Notes under the pieces: generated by a model
What the model saw: only the letters and a program-made list of their open reading frames with translations
Told to the model about the DNA's origin: nothing
Database searches by the model: none
Origin: a virus
Reading direction: 5' to 3' (one strand)
IMG/VR virus record: IMGVR_UViG_3300005826_000069
Location: 4,605 to 68,604 of that record
Length of the DNA stretch: 64,000 nt
In this document: positions 20,108 to 28,656 of the stretch, piece after piece
Position numbering within the stretch: position 1 is the stretch's first letter
Layout of the letters: every line of letters starts with the position of its first letter
Made by a program: the position numbers and the translations under genes

Positions 20108-22601
20108 CGGTCACAGTCGCCCCTGAATCACCTACGGTCTGGTTCTGCGTGAATGGCAGGATCACCTTGCCCTGACGGACATTGATCACCGTACCGAACG
20201 GGCTGGATACCGTCTTCACGAATGTGTTCGACTCTGAGGTCGCATCCGCTTCCAGATCGAGGATCAGGTCGTAGATGTTGTCGTTCACGGTGTACGCCTG
20301 AATCGTCTCGTTGATGTTGTAAGCATCGCCAGAAGCAATCAGGTCTGCGCCGTAGAGATGGAACATCGTGATCGACGTTTCAGAATCAACGCTCACCACC
20401 TCGTAGGTGCCAGTGTTGGTCGTGTCCTGAATCAGCATCCCAACCTCAACACCCTCCGTCACGAACGATGCGGTGCTGTCCACCAGTGTGGTGCTGTTCG
20501 TTCCTGCCGTGGCGGTTGATGCCGTGATATCCACCAGCGTGAACACCCCAGTAGACGTGTTCCTGCTTGCATACACGTACTTGTGCTCCTGCTGCAGGGT
20601 CGTCTCTACTACTCGCAGATAGCCTGCCTGCGCGACCTCACTGTCAATCGTACCGGCGACGGTGATCGACTTGGCTGAGGCCGCTGTCGCGGTCATACCG
20701 CCGAACTGATCCTTGTCGATAACACCCGCCACACCAGTATCGCGTGCCACCAGCACGCGGTCTCCCGCAACCGTATTCGCTACGGTAAAGGTGACGGTGT
20801 TCGGGCTGGTCCGCAGCACGCCGTTGTCGTCGGTCAGGGTGTATGCCTGAGTGTCGGTATCCGCCTGCCCGGTGAACAACACGCCTCTGGCTCCGAAAAT
20901 CTGCGAGCCGGTGAAGGTGCCGAACGGAGATGCTTTCGGAGACGTGAAGAAGTCCGGCGCGCCCATGACCGTCACGGTGTCCAGCGCCTCGTCTCTCAGC
21001 ACGTCGTTGTCCGCAAGCGTTGCCAGCGAGGTCTGCTGATCCGTCAGCATCACATACGTATCGGTCGTGTTGACCGAGATCACCCGTGAGGAGTAATTCG
21101 GCTTGGCCGAGATATCGACATCATCACCCTCGGTGAACGTGCCGACCGCGCCGTCATACTGCACCTGAGCATCGAGACCGCGATACGTTTCACCCGGTAC
21201 GTTCACCCCGGCACCGAACAGGTCAGAGGTCGTCGCGCCACGCCGAGTGATGAACTTCATCCGCTCATAAACTTTGGCGATGACCACACCATTGCCTCCC
21301 GGCCCCTGTGCATCCACGGTGATCGAGTAAGGCTCTAGCGTACCGTCACCGTCGTGATCTGCCGTGGTTGTGCCGAAGGCGACAGTCACCGTGCCGCCCT
21401 CTCCCGCCGTGGTGTCCGTCGGGCCGCCGGGGTTCACAATCGGAGCGCCTGCCGTGCAGGTCGCATCTCCGACTCCTGCCGCCACGTAGTCGTATTCCTT
21501 GATGGCATCCGATGCTACGAAATCGGTCAGGTCTCCCACGAGGTAATACTCGATGACCGGGGCACCTGTCGTGCCACCCACCGCCGTGATTACACCCTTC
21601 TTGGTGGCAGTCGCCCATGTCGCACCAACGAAGATCGCATTGCCCACGTTAAACGTGTTCGAGCCAGCCGAACCAGTGAGCTGCCTGTATCCGGTCGTGT
21701 TGTTGATGTCTGGCGCAGAGGCCAGCGGCAGCGCCGAGAATCCACCTGCCGCCACGTTCAGGCGGAAGTTGTCATACAGCGACGTGTACCGGCGCGCGAA
21801 GACCTCAAGGTCACCATCGGCTACCTGTGTGCCCTGATACTGGGTTCGCACCAGAACCGAAATGATGCCCAGTGAAGCGGTTGGATCGGTCGCCCACCAC
21901 TGGAACCCGCCCGTTGAGCTGGTCAGCTTGAAGCGATCCTGCACCACATAGACCTCAGTTGCCGTCGGAACGCTACCGATGGCCTGAATGGCCGTGTACT
22001 GCGTCGTACCTGCTACACCTGCCGTACTGGAGGTCGATGCGCCGGTTCCGCCGTCAGCGGTCACTGAGAGCGCCCCGGTGCCATCAAAGACATCTCCCGT
22101 GCTGGGAGTCGAATCGTCTGGCCTGATCCATGCAATCAGCGAGCCATCTGGCGCGACCTCGAAGTCAAGTAGCGTGCCGCTGTCCGTCGTGTCCGCCTGA
22201 ATCACCTGCCTGCCAATATCGCCAGTCACGAAGTTCGTGCCGCCGGTATATCCGACCGCGATCACTCCGTTGCCATTGCTGTCCGGAGATGCCGTCAGGC
22301 TCCAGTTCGCCGTGATCGTGCCTTCCTTCAGGTACTCGGTTGACGAACGCGGGATGAAATACTTGTTCTCCATCGTGTATGCGTTCGGAGTCGTGGGAAG
22401 CATGGGATTGGTGAAGCCCATGGCCTGAAACGCATCTGCTTCATCAGCTACCGCCGAGTAAAGCGCGTTCGTGGTGTAGATCGTGTCCGATGCGCCTGCT
22501 GTTCTCCTGACCATTCTCATGCCAGCGACAGCGTTCGATCCCACCGTTTCGTCGTCGAAGAGGATTTCGAAGTCCCCGCCGAGGATGGTAATGGTCGTCA
22601 T
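20076..22601 (-). CDS. Large beta-rich virion protein (fibre/spike-like)
   Basis: 841 aa, Thr/Gly/Ala/Asp-rich, AGGAG RBS. Confidence 0.65.
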   Translation of the reverse strand: MTTITILGGDFEILFDDETVGSNAVAGMRMVRRTAGASDTIYTTNALYSAVADEADAFQAMGFTNPMLPTTPNAYTMENKYFIPRSSTEYLKEGTITANWSLTASPDSNGNGVIAVGYTGGTNFVTGDIGRQVIQADTTDSGTLLDFEVAPDGSLIAWIRPDDSTPSTGDVFDGTGALSVTADGGTGASTSSTAGVAGTTQYTAIQAIGSVPTATEVYVVQDRFKLTSSTGGFQWWATDPTASLGIISVLVRTQYQGTQVADGDLEVFARRYTSLYDNFRLNVAAGGFSALPLASAPDINNTTGYRQLTGSAGSNTFNVGNAIFVGATWATATKKGVITAVGGTTGAPVIEYYLVGDLTDFVASDAIKEYDYVAAGVGDATCTAGAPIVNPGGPTDTTAGEGGTVTVAFGTTTADHDGDGTLEPYSITVDAQGPGGNGVVIAKVYERMKFITRRGATTSDLFGAGVNVPGETYRGLDAQVQYDGAVGTFTEGDDVDISAKPNYSSRVISVNTTDTYVMLTDQQTSLATLADNDVLRDEALDTVTVMGAPDFFTSPKASPFGTFTGSQIFGARGVLFTGQADTDTQAYTLTDDNGVLRTSPNTVTFTVANTVAGDRVLVARDTGVAGVIDKDQFGGMTATAASAKSITVAGTIDSEVAQAGYLRVVETTLQQEHKYVYASRNTSTGVFTLVDITASTATAGTNSTTLVDSTASFVTEGVEVGMLIQDTTNTGTYEVVSVDSETSITMFHLYGADLIASGDAYNINETIQAYTVNDNIYDLILDLEADATSESNTFVKTVSSPFGTVINVRQGKVILPFTQNQTVGDSGATVTVVRQPDTIAV

Positions 22602-22616
22602 ACTTGTCTCCTGATC

Positions 22617-24800
22617 CTAAAAGGTTGATATCGAGTCCACGGTCCAATTAGCGAAGACGGTGAGACCAGTCGAAGTGATTATTCTGTCTTGAGTAAACGG
22701 CAAGTAACGAGTCACGTCACAACTCGCCTTGCGGCCTAATGGGTTTGTCGTCACGGTGCCACTGGCATATCGCCAGCGCACAAAATAGCTTGGCCCGTAA
22801 ACCGAATTGATCGTCGTCTTTGACCATAAGGTGCTAAGGCCGCCAAGCTCAATATAATTCAGTCCAGAATTCTTGAAGTTGTTGGTGCCATCCACTGTTC
22901 CTGAGAAGTCAATCCATACTGAGCCGGTCCAGTATTGCCACGACCCGGTATATGTTCCAACACCCGCTTGCGATACATCGATCTTCATCCTGAAGAACTG
23001 CTCAGACATGCCGAAGTAATACTCACCGGCTGACGCTGGCGCTCCGTTGAGAAACGTCATGTCGTCTACAGTCGAAGAGTTTGCCGCTGTTGTCTGATCA
23101 GCGTATGAGCCATCCTTGAAGAAGATGGCGTAATTGGGTAAGCCCTGTTGCCGCGCCCTGACAATAACGTCGAGACCCGAAGGATTGAATGCGGACTCGT
23201 AGTTGATCGTTGTGCTGATATCTCCACTCGCGTCTGCAAGCCCCTCAAAGATCACGTCGCCTTTCGTGACCGTGCCTACCGTCTCATCTGCGATAACCTT
23301 GACTGCCGCGCCTTCGGTCAAGCCGGATACGACGATTGGTTGTGCGTTGTTGAGAGTTGTGCTGGTTCCTACCCCGGTCGTCCGAACCGTCGGGATGTCT
23401 CCGCCATCAGTAATGTTGAACGTGACGGCTTTGCCCCCTTGGTTCCATAGCGCCGCCGTTGTTGTGCCGTCTGCTCCGAATCCGTTGAATGTATTTCCCT
23501 TTAGCTCCTGCGTGGCAGGAATTGCTGCGCTTCCGTAACCCGATGCGTCCACGTTGATGGCGTGCCCCGTCCCAAAAACGAAGCTGCAATATTTGAATTG
23601 CGTAGTGTCGTTTGTGTACACATCATAAGTGGTAGTGCCATTAACGAACGTGCAACGAATGACCTCAAGGTTGACGACGCTGGCATTGAAACTTTCGTCG
23701 CCCCCATAGAAAACGTCGCATGAGCTGACTAGTGAGCTAATCCACGTTGTGTTGACCGTGATATCAGCATCGTTTTGAACCAGAACGCCGCCCACATACA
23801 TCTCTTGCGCGCCGACGAAAGTCGATCCGTAAATGTTCTGGTTGTACGCTTGCGCTGCAGTCGGAGCTGCGGTTGGCCCCTGCACTCTCCATGCCCAGTC
23901 GCCAAGGTCTGCAGCACTTGCGGAGATGGTCACACCCTGAGAGCCTGTTCGATCATCGCCAGTACCGGAAACCACGCCGAACGTCACGTTCACCGTCGCC
24001 GCTGTGGTTAGTGTTGCGTCCAGCACAAAGCCAAAAGATTGTGGATTCACGAACTCCATCGAGTCGATCAGGATGAGCGCATTGCTATCACTAAAGTCGC
24101 AGGTCGAGTACGTCGATGTCGCCCGGAAATGAATGCGCCCAGCAAGCACATATGACCCTCCCGGACCGAGCCTGAACGTGCCGTTGGCTATGCCGAGCTG
24201 GGTGTAGATGTCCGCGAAAGACCAGTCTGACGTTCCGGCGTTATCGCCCTCGATGATGATCGATGCCCCGGTCTGGGCCACGTAATAGATCGCGTCTATC
24301 CATGTATTGTCTGCATTTCGCGGCATCGTGCCGCCAGTAACAGAGCTGTACCCTACATGCTGAATCTGCGCAGCTGTTGGCGGGGTTCCGCCCGTTGCGT
24401 CCGCATTGGTCAGAATGTCTCCGATATTGATCACGAACAGCGTCCAGCCGCCTGCGATTGACTGGGGCCATGCGTCACTGCCTGCCACGTAGCGCTCTGC
24501 GAAATTCGCGACATTGGCCCCGGCTACACGTATCGCCATGCCTCCGTTCGCCTTGGTCGCTAACAGGCCGACGATACCGCTGTTGATCCAGATATAGAGA
24601 TTGTCACTGGTCGTCAGGCCAATCGCAGAAGTGTTGTTGTACATCACATAGCGCCGTGAGCTGGTGATGTTCTCTGCAATAGAGCCTGTGCCCTCGATGA
24701 ATATCTCGGTGTCAAGCGTTGCGGACGACGTAGCCACCCAGTTGGTTGCTGAGTCGGCGGCTGTAAGCAGCGTCCTGCCGTCAGTTATCTGGCCAGCCAT
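22617..24800 (-). CDS. Large beta-rich virion protein (carbohydrate-binding / beta-helix-like)
   Basis: 727 aa, AGGAGG RBS; C-terminal module resembles that of the neighbouring 841-aa protein. Confidence 0.65.
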   Translation of the reverse strand: MAGQITDGRTLLTAADSATNWVATSSATLDTEIFIEGTGSIAENITSSRRYVMYNNTSAIGLTTSDNLYIWINSGIVGLLATKANGGMAIRVAGANVANFAERYVAGSDAWPQSIAGGWTLFVINIGDILTNADATGGTPPTAAQIQHVGYSSVTGGTMPRNADNTWIDAIYYVAQTGASIIIEGDNAGTSDWSFADIYTQLGIANGTFRLGPGGSYVLAGRIHFRATSTYSTCDFSDSNALILIDSMEFVNPQSFGFVLDATLTTAATVNVTFGVVSGTGDDRTGSQGVTISASAADLGDWAWRVQGPTAAPTAAQAYNQNIYGSTFVGAQEMYVGGVLVQNDADITVNTTWISSLVSSCDVFYGGDESFNASVVNLEVIRCTFVNGTTTYDVYTNDTTQFKYCSFVFGTGHAINVDASGYGSAAIPATQELKGNTFNGFGADGTTTAALWNQGGKAVTFNITDGGDIPTVRTTGVGTSTTLNNAQPIVVSGLTEGAAVKVIADETVGTVTKGDVIFEGLADASGDISTTINYESAFNPSGLDVIVRARQQGLPNYAIFFKDGSYADQTTAANSSTVDDMTFLNGAPASAGEYYFGMSEQFFRMKIDVSQAGVGTYTGSWQYWTGSVWIDFSGTVDGTNNFKNSGLNYIELGGLSTLWSKTTINSVYGPSYFVRWRYASGTVTTNPLGRKASCDVTRYLPFTQDRIITSTGLTVFANWTVDSISTF

Positions 24801-25212
24801 GCTGCCTCCTATACTCGTACAGGAAGACAGCCCCTGCGTTCACGCTGTCCAGCTGGCAGGTCGGCATCGATTCGATGAATACCAAAGAGGCCCTATCGAA
24901 GTTGGGCACCAGCTCTATCATCTGGTCGGTCATATGCTTGTGCGTGGGACCGAACACAAGCAGCGTATCGGCCCCGAAGGAGTAGTCTGACAGGGAGGCT
25001 TGGCCTTGGATGAACACGGCATCCTCTGGCTGAGCGATGACCACGTTGGCGCACTCCGGGGGGTTCCCGTCACTGCACCATCTCATCCTCCGCTTGTTTG
25101 CCCATGGGAAGTAGGAGTTCTCCTTCTTCACCCCGAACGCTGGCAGCACGTAACCCCATTGGTCGATGATCGCGTCATCGTCTTCGAGCACCAGCACGCA
25201 GAGGTTCGTCAT
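24781..25212 (-). CDS. SPOUT (SpoU/TrmL-like) RNA methyltransferase, divergent
   Basis: 'LSDYSFGADTLLVFGP', 'LVFIES' and 'LDSVNAGAVFLYEYRRQ' parallel the SpoU knot motifs (FG.E..G; ip...SLN...A.ai.lYE..RQ). Confidence 0.6.
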   Translation of the reverse strand: MTNLCVLVLEDDDAIIDQWGYVLPAFGVKKENSYFPWANKRRMRWCSDGNPPECANVVIAQPEDAVFIQGQASLSDYSFGADTLLVFGPTHKHMTDQMIELVPNFDRASLVFIESMPTCQLDSVNAGAVFLYEYRRQHGWPDN

Positions 25213-25808
25213 CAGGAATAGCTCAACGACGCGCGGTCGTCCCAGATGTTGTCGTATGCATCGTCTCCGTCAGCCCACTGAACGGACACGTCGTCATCGC
25301 TCTGCAGGATCGTCCTGCTGATCCGCCACGATGCGGCAGAGGTTACGGTGCCGGGGTTTGCTTTCCCCGTGTAGATGATCTGCGGTGTCCCCGGAAGGAA
25401 GTCCACCTGAGTCGCCTGCGCCACGTTCCCGAATCCTCCTTGGTTCACCCAGACCCCGCCGATCTTGTCCCATACGTCGCCGTCGTCTGCAGAGATCGCG
25501 ATGTCCCCGTCAATGCCCAGTCCGCTCGATGGCGTTCCGGTAACCGTGTAAGTGCGGTTGCCGTTGGTGCCGTTCGAGCCGGGTGCGCCCGGAGGACCAG
25601 AAGGACCAATCGGCCCCGGCGGACCCGGATCGCCAGTCGCGCCTTTTGGCGGAGCTGTGCTGTTCGAGCCGTCGTAGTAGCCCTCCTCGTACGCCTGCCA
25701 GCTTCCGGGGACAGTGGCTTGATTGTACGGGTTTTCCTTCGGCCTGCCATAGAGGGCATCGTAATACCCAGTGTCATAGGCCGTGCGGTTCTGCCCACGG
25801 TAAGCCAT
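25212..25808 (-). CDS. Collagen-like virion protein
   Basis: About ten G-X-Y repeats, 'G.PSSGLG.DGD' module, C-terminal 'YTGKA.PG......WRI.R...W.DRASLSY'. Confidence 0.7.
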   Translation of the reverse strand: MAYRGQNRTAYDTGYYDALYGRPKENPYNQATVPGSWQAYEEGYYDGSNSTAPPKGATGDPGPPGPIGPSGPPGAPGSNGTNGNRTYTVTGTPSSGLGIDGDIAISADDGDVWDKIGGVWVNQGGFGNVAQATQVDFLPGTPQIIYTGKANPGTVTSAASWRISRTILQSDDDVSVQWADGDDAYDNIWDDRASLSYS

Positions 25809-26131
25809 TAGTCAGTCTCGCCCTGCCTGTGACGGTGCGGAGGAATGCACCCAGAGGCCAGTGCCCGAGCCATGTCTTCGTCAGCGGTTGCGCTTTTTTC
25901 CATGGCCCGAGTGATCGCCATCTGCCCCTGATTGATCTTGATCAGCGTCTCCGCCACGATCTGATTTGATTTGGCCAACGCGCTGATCGCCTCGCTGTAG
26001 TTTTGCAGCTGCGTTGTCGCCAAGTTGTAGAGGCCGATCAGGATCAGCGCCGCGAGCGCCAGCCCTCCAACCCTGTCTAGCTCCCTCAGCCTCTGGCTCC
26101 ACACGTCTTTTGATTGTTCCTCTGTTACCAC
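25808..26131 (-). CDS. Membrane-anchored coiled-coil protein
   Basis: GTG start after GGAG, downstream of the terminator; one TM segment 'GGLALAALILIGLY'. Confidence 0.55.
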   Translation of the reverse strand: MVTEEQSKDVWSQRLRELDRVGGLALAALILIGLYNLATTQLQNYSEAISALAKSNQIVAETLIKINQGQMAITRAMEKSATADEDMARALASGCIPPHRHRQGETD

Positions 26132-26146
26132 TTCCGTGACTCCAAT

Positions 26147-26177
26147 AAAAAGGGGACAGCCGTTAAGCAGTCCCCTT
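26147..26177 (-). terminator. Intrinsic terminator
   Basis: AAGGGGAC/GTCCCCTT stem followed by a T-run on the minus strand. Confidence 0.6.
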
Positions 26178-26373
26178 GTTTCGGAGCGCCAGCGCGAGCC
26201 GGGGCTTCCCATCCAGATTCAGTCTATAACCAGCCCAGCGCGCAGGCAACCTGCCATCCAAGCAAGCCAAGCAAGATTGTCCACCAAAGTATTCTGTAAG
26301 CACGCTGCGCCCTCTGGGGACACAAGCGCAACAGTGGTGGGAAGTCCGGTATGGGTATCACTGGGCGCAAACG

Positions 26374-26778
26374 TCATCCCTCCATTACGAGTTTAGCACT
26401 TCCATGGTCAGGTTCCGCAAGCCTCTTCCAGTGTTCCAGCTCATCGATCAGGTTCTTGTGCGGTGCAGTTGGAGGCCTCCTCCATCCATACCGCTTCACC
26501 ATCGCCTCCACCCGGTCCCAAGACGGCTCCGTTAAGGCTCCTCCCTCGATCTGGGAGCGCGACCGCCCACGCAGGAAACCGTACGCCAAGTGGGTAGCAC
26601 GAGCTTCCTCCCTGACGTTCTGGGTTCGGTGACTGTGCAGTCCGCTCAAGGTGCCCTCCCACCCCGCTGGTCGTTTTGGGACGGGTCGGCTCTTGAGGCG
26701 GCACTCTTCTCTCCTGATGATTCTGGCCTCTTCAGCCAGCGACTTCACTTTGACTTTGAGATATGTGATTCCGTACAT
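26374..26778 (-). CDS. Conserved basic phage protein (LKVKVKSLAEEARIIR family)
   Basis: 'LKvKvKSLAEEARIIR.EE...HR...VR.EARAT.LAYGFLRGR....IE' motif; GGAG RBS before ATG 26778. Confidence 0.75.
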   Translation of the reverse strand: MYGITYLKVKVKSLAEEARIIRREECRLKSRPVPKRPAGWEGTLSGLHSHRTQNVREEARATHLAYGFLRGRSRSQIEGGALTEPSWDRVEAMVKRYGWRRPPTAPHKNLIDELEHWKRLAEPDHGSAKLVMEG

Positions 26779-26940
26779 GATGCTCTCCAACTACTGGATT
26801 CAAATGGTTTGGTATTTGACTAGCAGTTGGGTACGGGCGGGTCTCTACACGATTCAGCTCATCGTCCTGTCCTCCGTGTTGATCAAGGCACCTAAGCCCA
26901 GTCTTGACAGCACGGTCAATCCTGCGCCAGTTGGGCGACC

Positions 26941-27291
26941 TCAGTCAAGCCGCAGCCTGACCTCGGTGAAGTCTTCGGTGTACGTCAGGGTTCCGCTGTC
27001 TCCCACGCACAGATTGTGCCCTCGATTTGGCTCTATCTGGTCCAAGCCTATCCATGCGTAGAACGGCGGCTCGTTGTCCCCGTAATCGACGTATGCGCCG
27101 AACTTCCACATCTCTCGCCCAGTGTTATTGAAGTTCGGCACGCACACCGTCAGGCATCCGCGCTTTGAGAAAGTGGAGAGCGCTGAGGGAGTCGAACCCT
27201 CGCGGGACTGGGATTGAAAGCCCTCCCGCTCGCCTGAAGCGCCCTTGTGTTGCAGCCATTCGCTGTATGTGAATTCTGCCTTGTGCATCAC
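26941..27291 (-). CDS. Hypothetical protein (spans the tRNA-like element; real start may be MWKFG at 27111)
   Basis: GGAGG before 27291, but the 5' half overlaps the structured RNA. Confidence 0.4.
   Translation of the reverse strand: MMHKAEFTYSEWLQHKGASGEREGFQSQSREGSTPSALSTFSKRGCLTVCVPNFNNTGREMWKFGAYVDYGDNEPPFYAWIGLDQIEPNRGHNLCVGDSGTLTYTEDFTEVRLRLD
27174..27244 (-). tRNA. Non-canonical tRNA-like gene (71 nt, CCA end, no D-stem; anticodon loop readable as TTC/Glu)
   Basis: GGGCGCT/AGCGCTC acceptor stem, T discriminator, CCA; GAGGG-TTCGACT-CCCTC T-arm; long GCGGGA-GGG/CCC-AG-TCCCGC anticodon arm. Confidence 0.7.
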
Positions 27292-27420
27292 TCTGCCTCC
27301 AAGGCTTTGCGGTTCGCATTCTGTACGTCACGCTGTTTCTGGCAGTCCAACTTGAAAATGATCTGATTTATAAATTTCGCTGGAACCGTGCCTTGCGGGT
27401 GTGTTCGCGGTAGTCGTCGT

Positions 27421-27618
27421 TCATGATCCTGCCTCCTCTATCATTGTGTCCAATATTGACTGCGCCCTGTCGATGCACAGGCGCGCCGCCGCAACCCGAT
27501 GCCGCGCGGCAACCAGACTATCTCTGTCGATGCTGCGCTCGATGCATGCGCGTGTCAGGCCTATCTCATCCTCGGCATGTTGCAGCTCTGGGTATAACTT
27601 TCGTGTCTGCGTTGTCAC
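27421..27618 (-). CDS. Hypothetical protein
   Basis: AGGAG RBS; GTGA overlap with the upstream gene. Confidence 0.55.
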   Translation of the reverse strand: MTTQTRKLYPELQHAEDEIGLTRACIERSIDRDSLVAARHRVAAARLCIDRAQSILDTMIEEAGS

Positions 27619-27848
27619 AGGTTCTCTCCTTTCCAGTGCTTTTCTGGCGATGATGGTTGTTCTTCTAGGCAGGGGAAAGCGTTGGCAATGCTTGCTATTT
27701 CCTCAAGCGCCTCACGCAGCCGTTTGTTTTCGGCCTCCAGTTCTTCGATGCGGCAGACACGACACTCACTACCTTCTGTGCATAGATGTTTATCGCAGTT
27801 TGAATAGCTGACCCACTGTTTACCGTTTGCTTGTTTACCAGTGCTCAT
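27615..27848 (-). CDS. Small Cys-containing coiled-coil protein (RIEELEAENKRLREAL module)
   Basis: GGAG RBS before MSTGKQ; C-x2-H-x6-C-x2-C motif followed by the repeat module. Confidence 0.55.
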   Translation of the reverse strand: MSTGKQANGKQWVSYSNCDKHLCTEGSECRVCRIEELEAENKRLREALEEIASIANAFPCLEEQPSSPEKHWKGENL

Positions 27849-28197
27849 CACTCCCCTCCAAGGCTTTGCGCGCAGTAGCCTGACAACACGAAACGGTATG
27901 CCCTTCACAACTGGCTATCTGCTCCAGCGCCTCACGCAGCCGCTTGATTATTTTGAATCGTTCATCAGCGGCAGCCCTTGCTAATTTCAGTGCATCCCGC
28001 CTCGCATCACACGCCTCACGCAGCCGCTTGTTTTCGGCTTCCAGTTCTCCGATGCGCCGAACCAGATATGTGTCGTAGTTATCCTGATCGCGGCACAGGT
28101 ATGCGATCCGCGCTTCCAGTTCTGCGATGCGATTGTCTTTCCGGTTCAGTATCCTTTCAACGTCGGTAATGAACTCTATGCTGTCCTCATACATCAC
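27835..28197 (-). CDS. Coiled-coil protein with RIxELEA / KRLREA repeats
   Basis: GGAGG RBS; internally repeated modules. Confidence 0.6.
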   Translation of the reverse strand: MMYEDSIEFITDVERILNRKDNRIAELEARIAYLCRDQDNYDTYLVRRIGELEAENKRLREACDARRDALKLARAAADERFKIIKRLREALEQIASCEGHTVSCCQATARKALEGSDEHW

Positions 28198-28469
28198 GCC
28201 CCCTCCAGCATTGCATAAGCCGCATCACGCACTGCGGTGCAGAAGTCGGCGGTTGCTGGTTGTTCTCCAAGCTCATCATTGAAAAGCGCCCACTCGAATA
28301 CACCGAAGCAATTAAAATTATCAACGACTGCTTTGGCTCCTGCTTTCGTAAAAGCGTTTTCTGTGGCCATGATTTTCTCATTAAGATGACTTCGCCATGA
28401 GCCGTCGAATAAGTACCAGTTCCCCATCCACTCCGCGACGCGGGTGATCTTGTCTGCGTTGTCAATCAT
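28194..28469 (-). CDS. Hypothetical protein
   Basis: GGAG RBS before MIDNAD. Confidence 0.55.
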   Translation of the reverse strand: MIDNADKITRVAEWMGNWYLFDGSWRSHLNEKIMATENAFTKAGAKAVVDNFNCFGVFEWALFNDELGEQPATADFCTAVRDAAYAMLEGA

Positions 28470-28656
28470 TTGGTGCTCCCGGAGCATAGTGTTCACCCCA
28501 GCTACCATCATAATCAGGGTCACCCCCCCTCGCCAAATAAGCGTAACGCCCACGAGGGTTGTGCCTGTTGTGGTATCTGTCTTTGTGTTTGTTACAACAG
28601 AACCGGCGACGCGCTGACTTGTTGCAGCCCTCAAGTTCACATATCTTGTCACTCAT
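28462..28656 (-). CDS. Small zinc-finger-like protein
   Basis: MSDKICELEGC...RRFCCNKH; coupled to the upstream stop. Confidence 0.55.
   Translation of the reverse strand: MSDKICELEGCNKSARRRFCCNKHKDRYHNRHNPRGRYAYLARGGDPDYDGSWGEHYAPGAPND

Noticed and set aside
27174-27244. Canonical tRNA-Glu or tRNA-Sec
   Set aside because: No D-stem, no long variable arm and non-standard anticodon stem, so it is kept only as tRNA-like.
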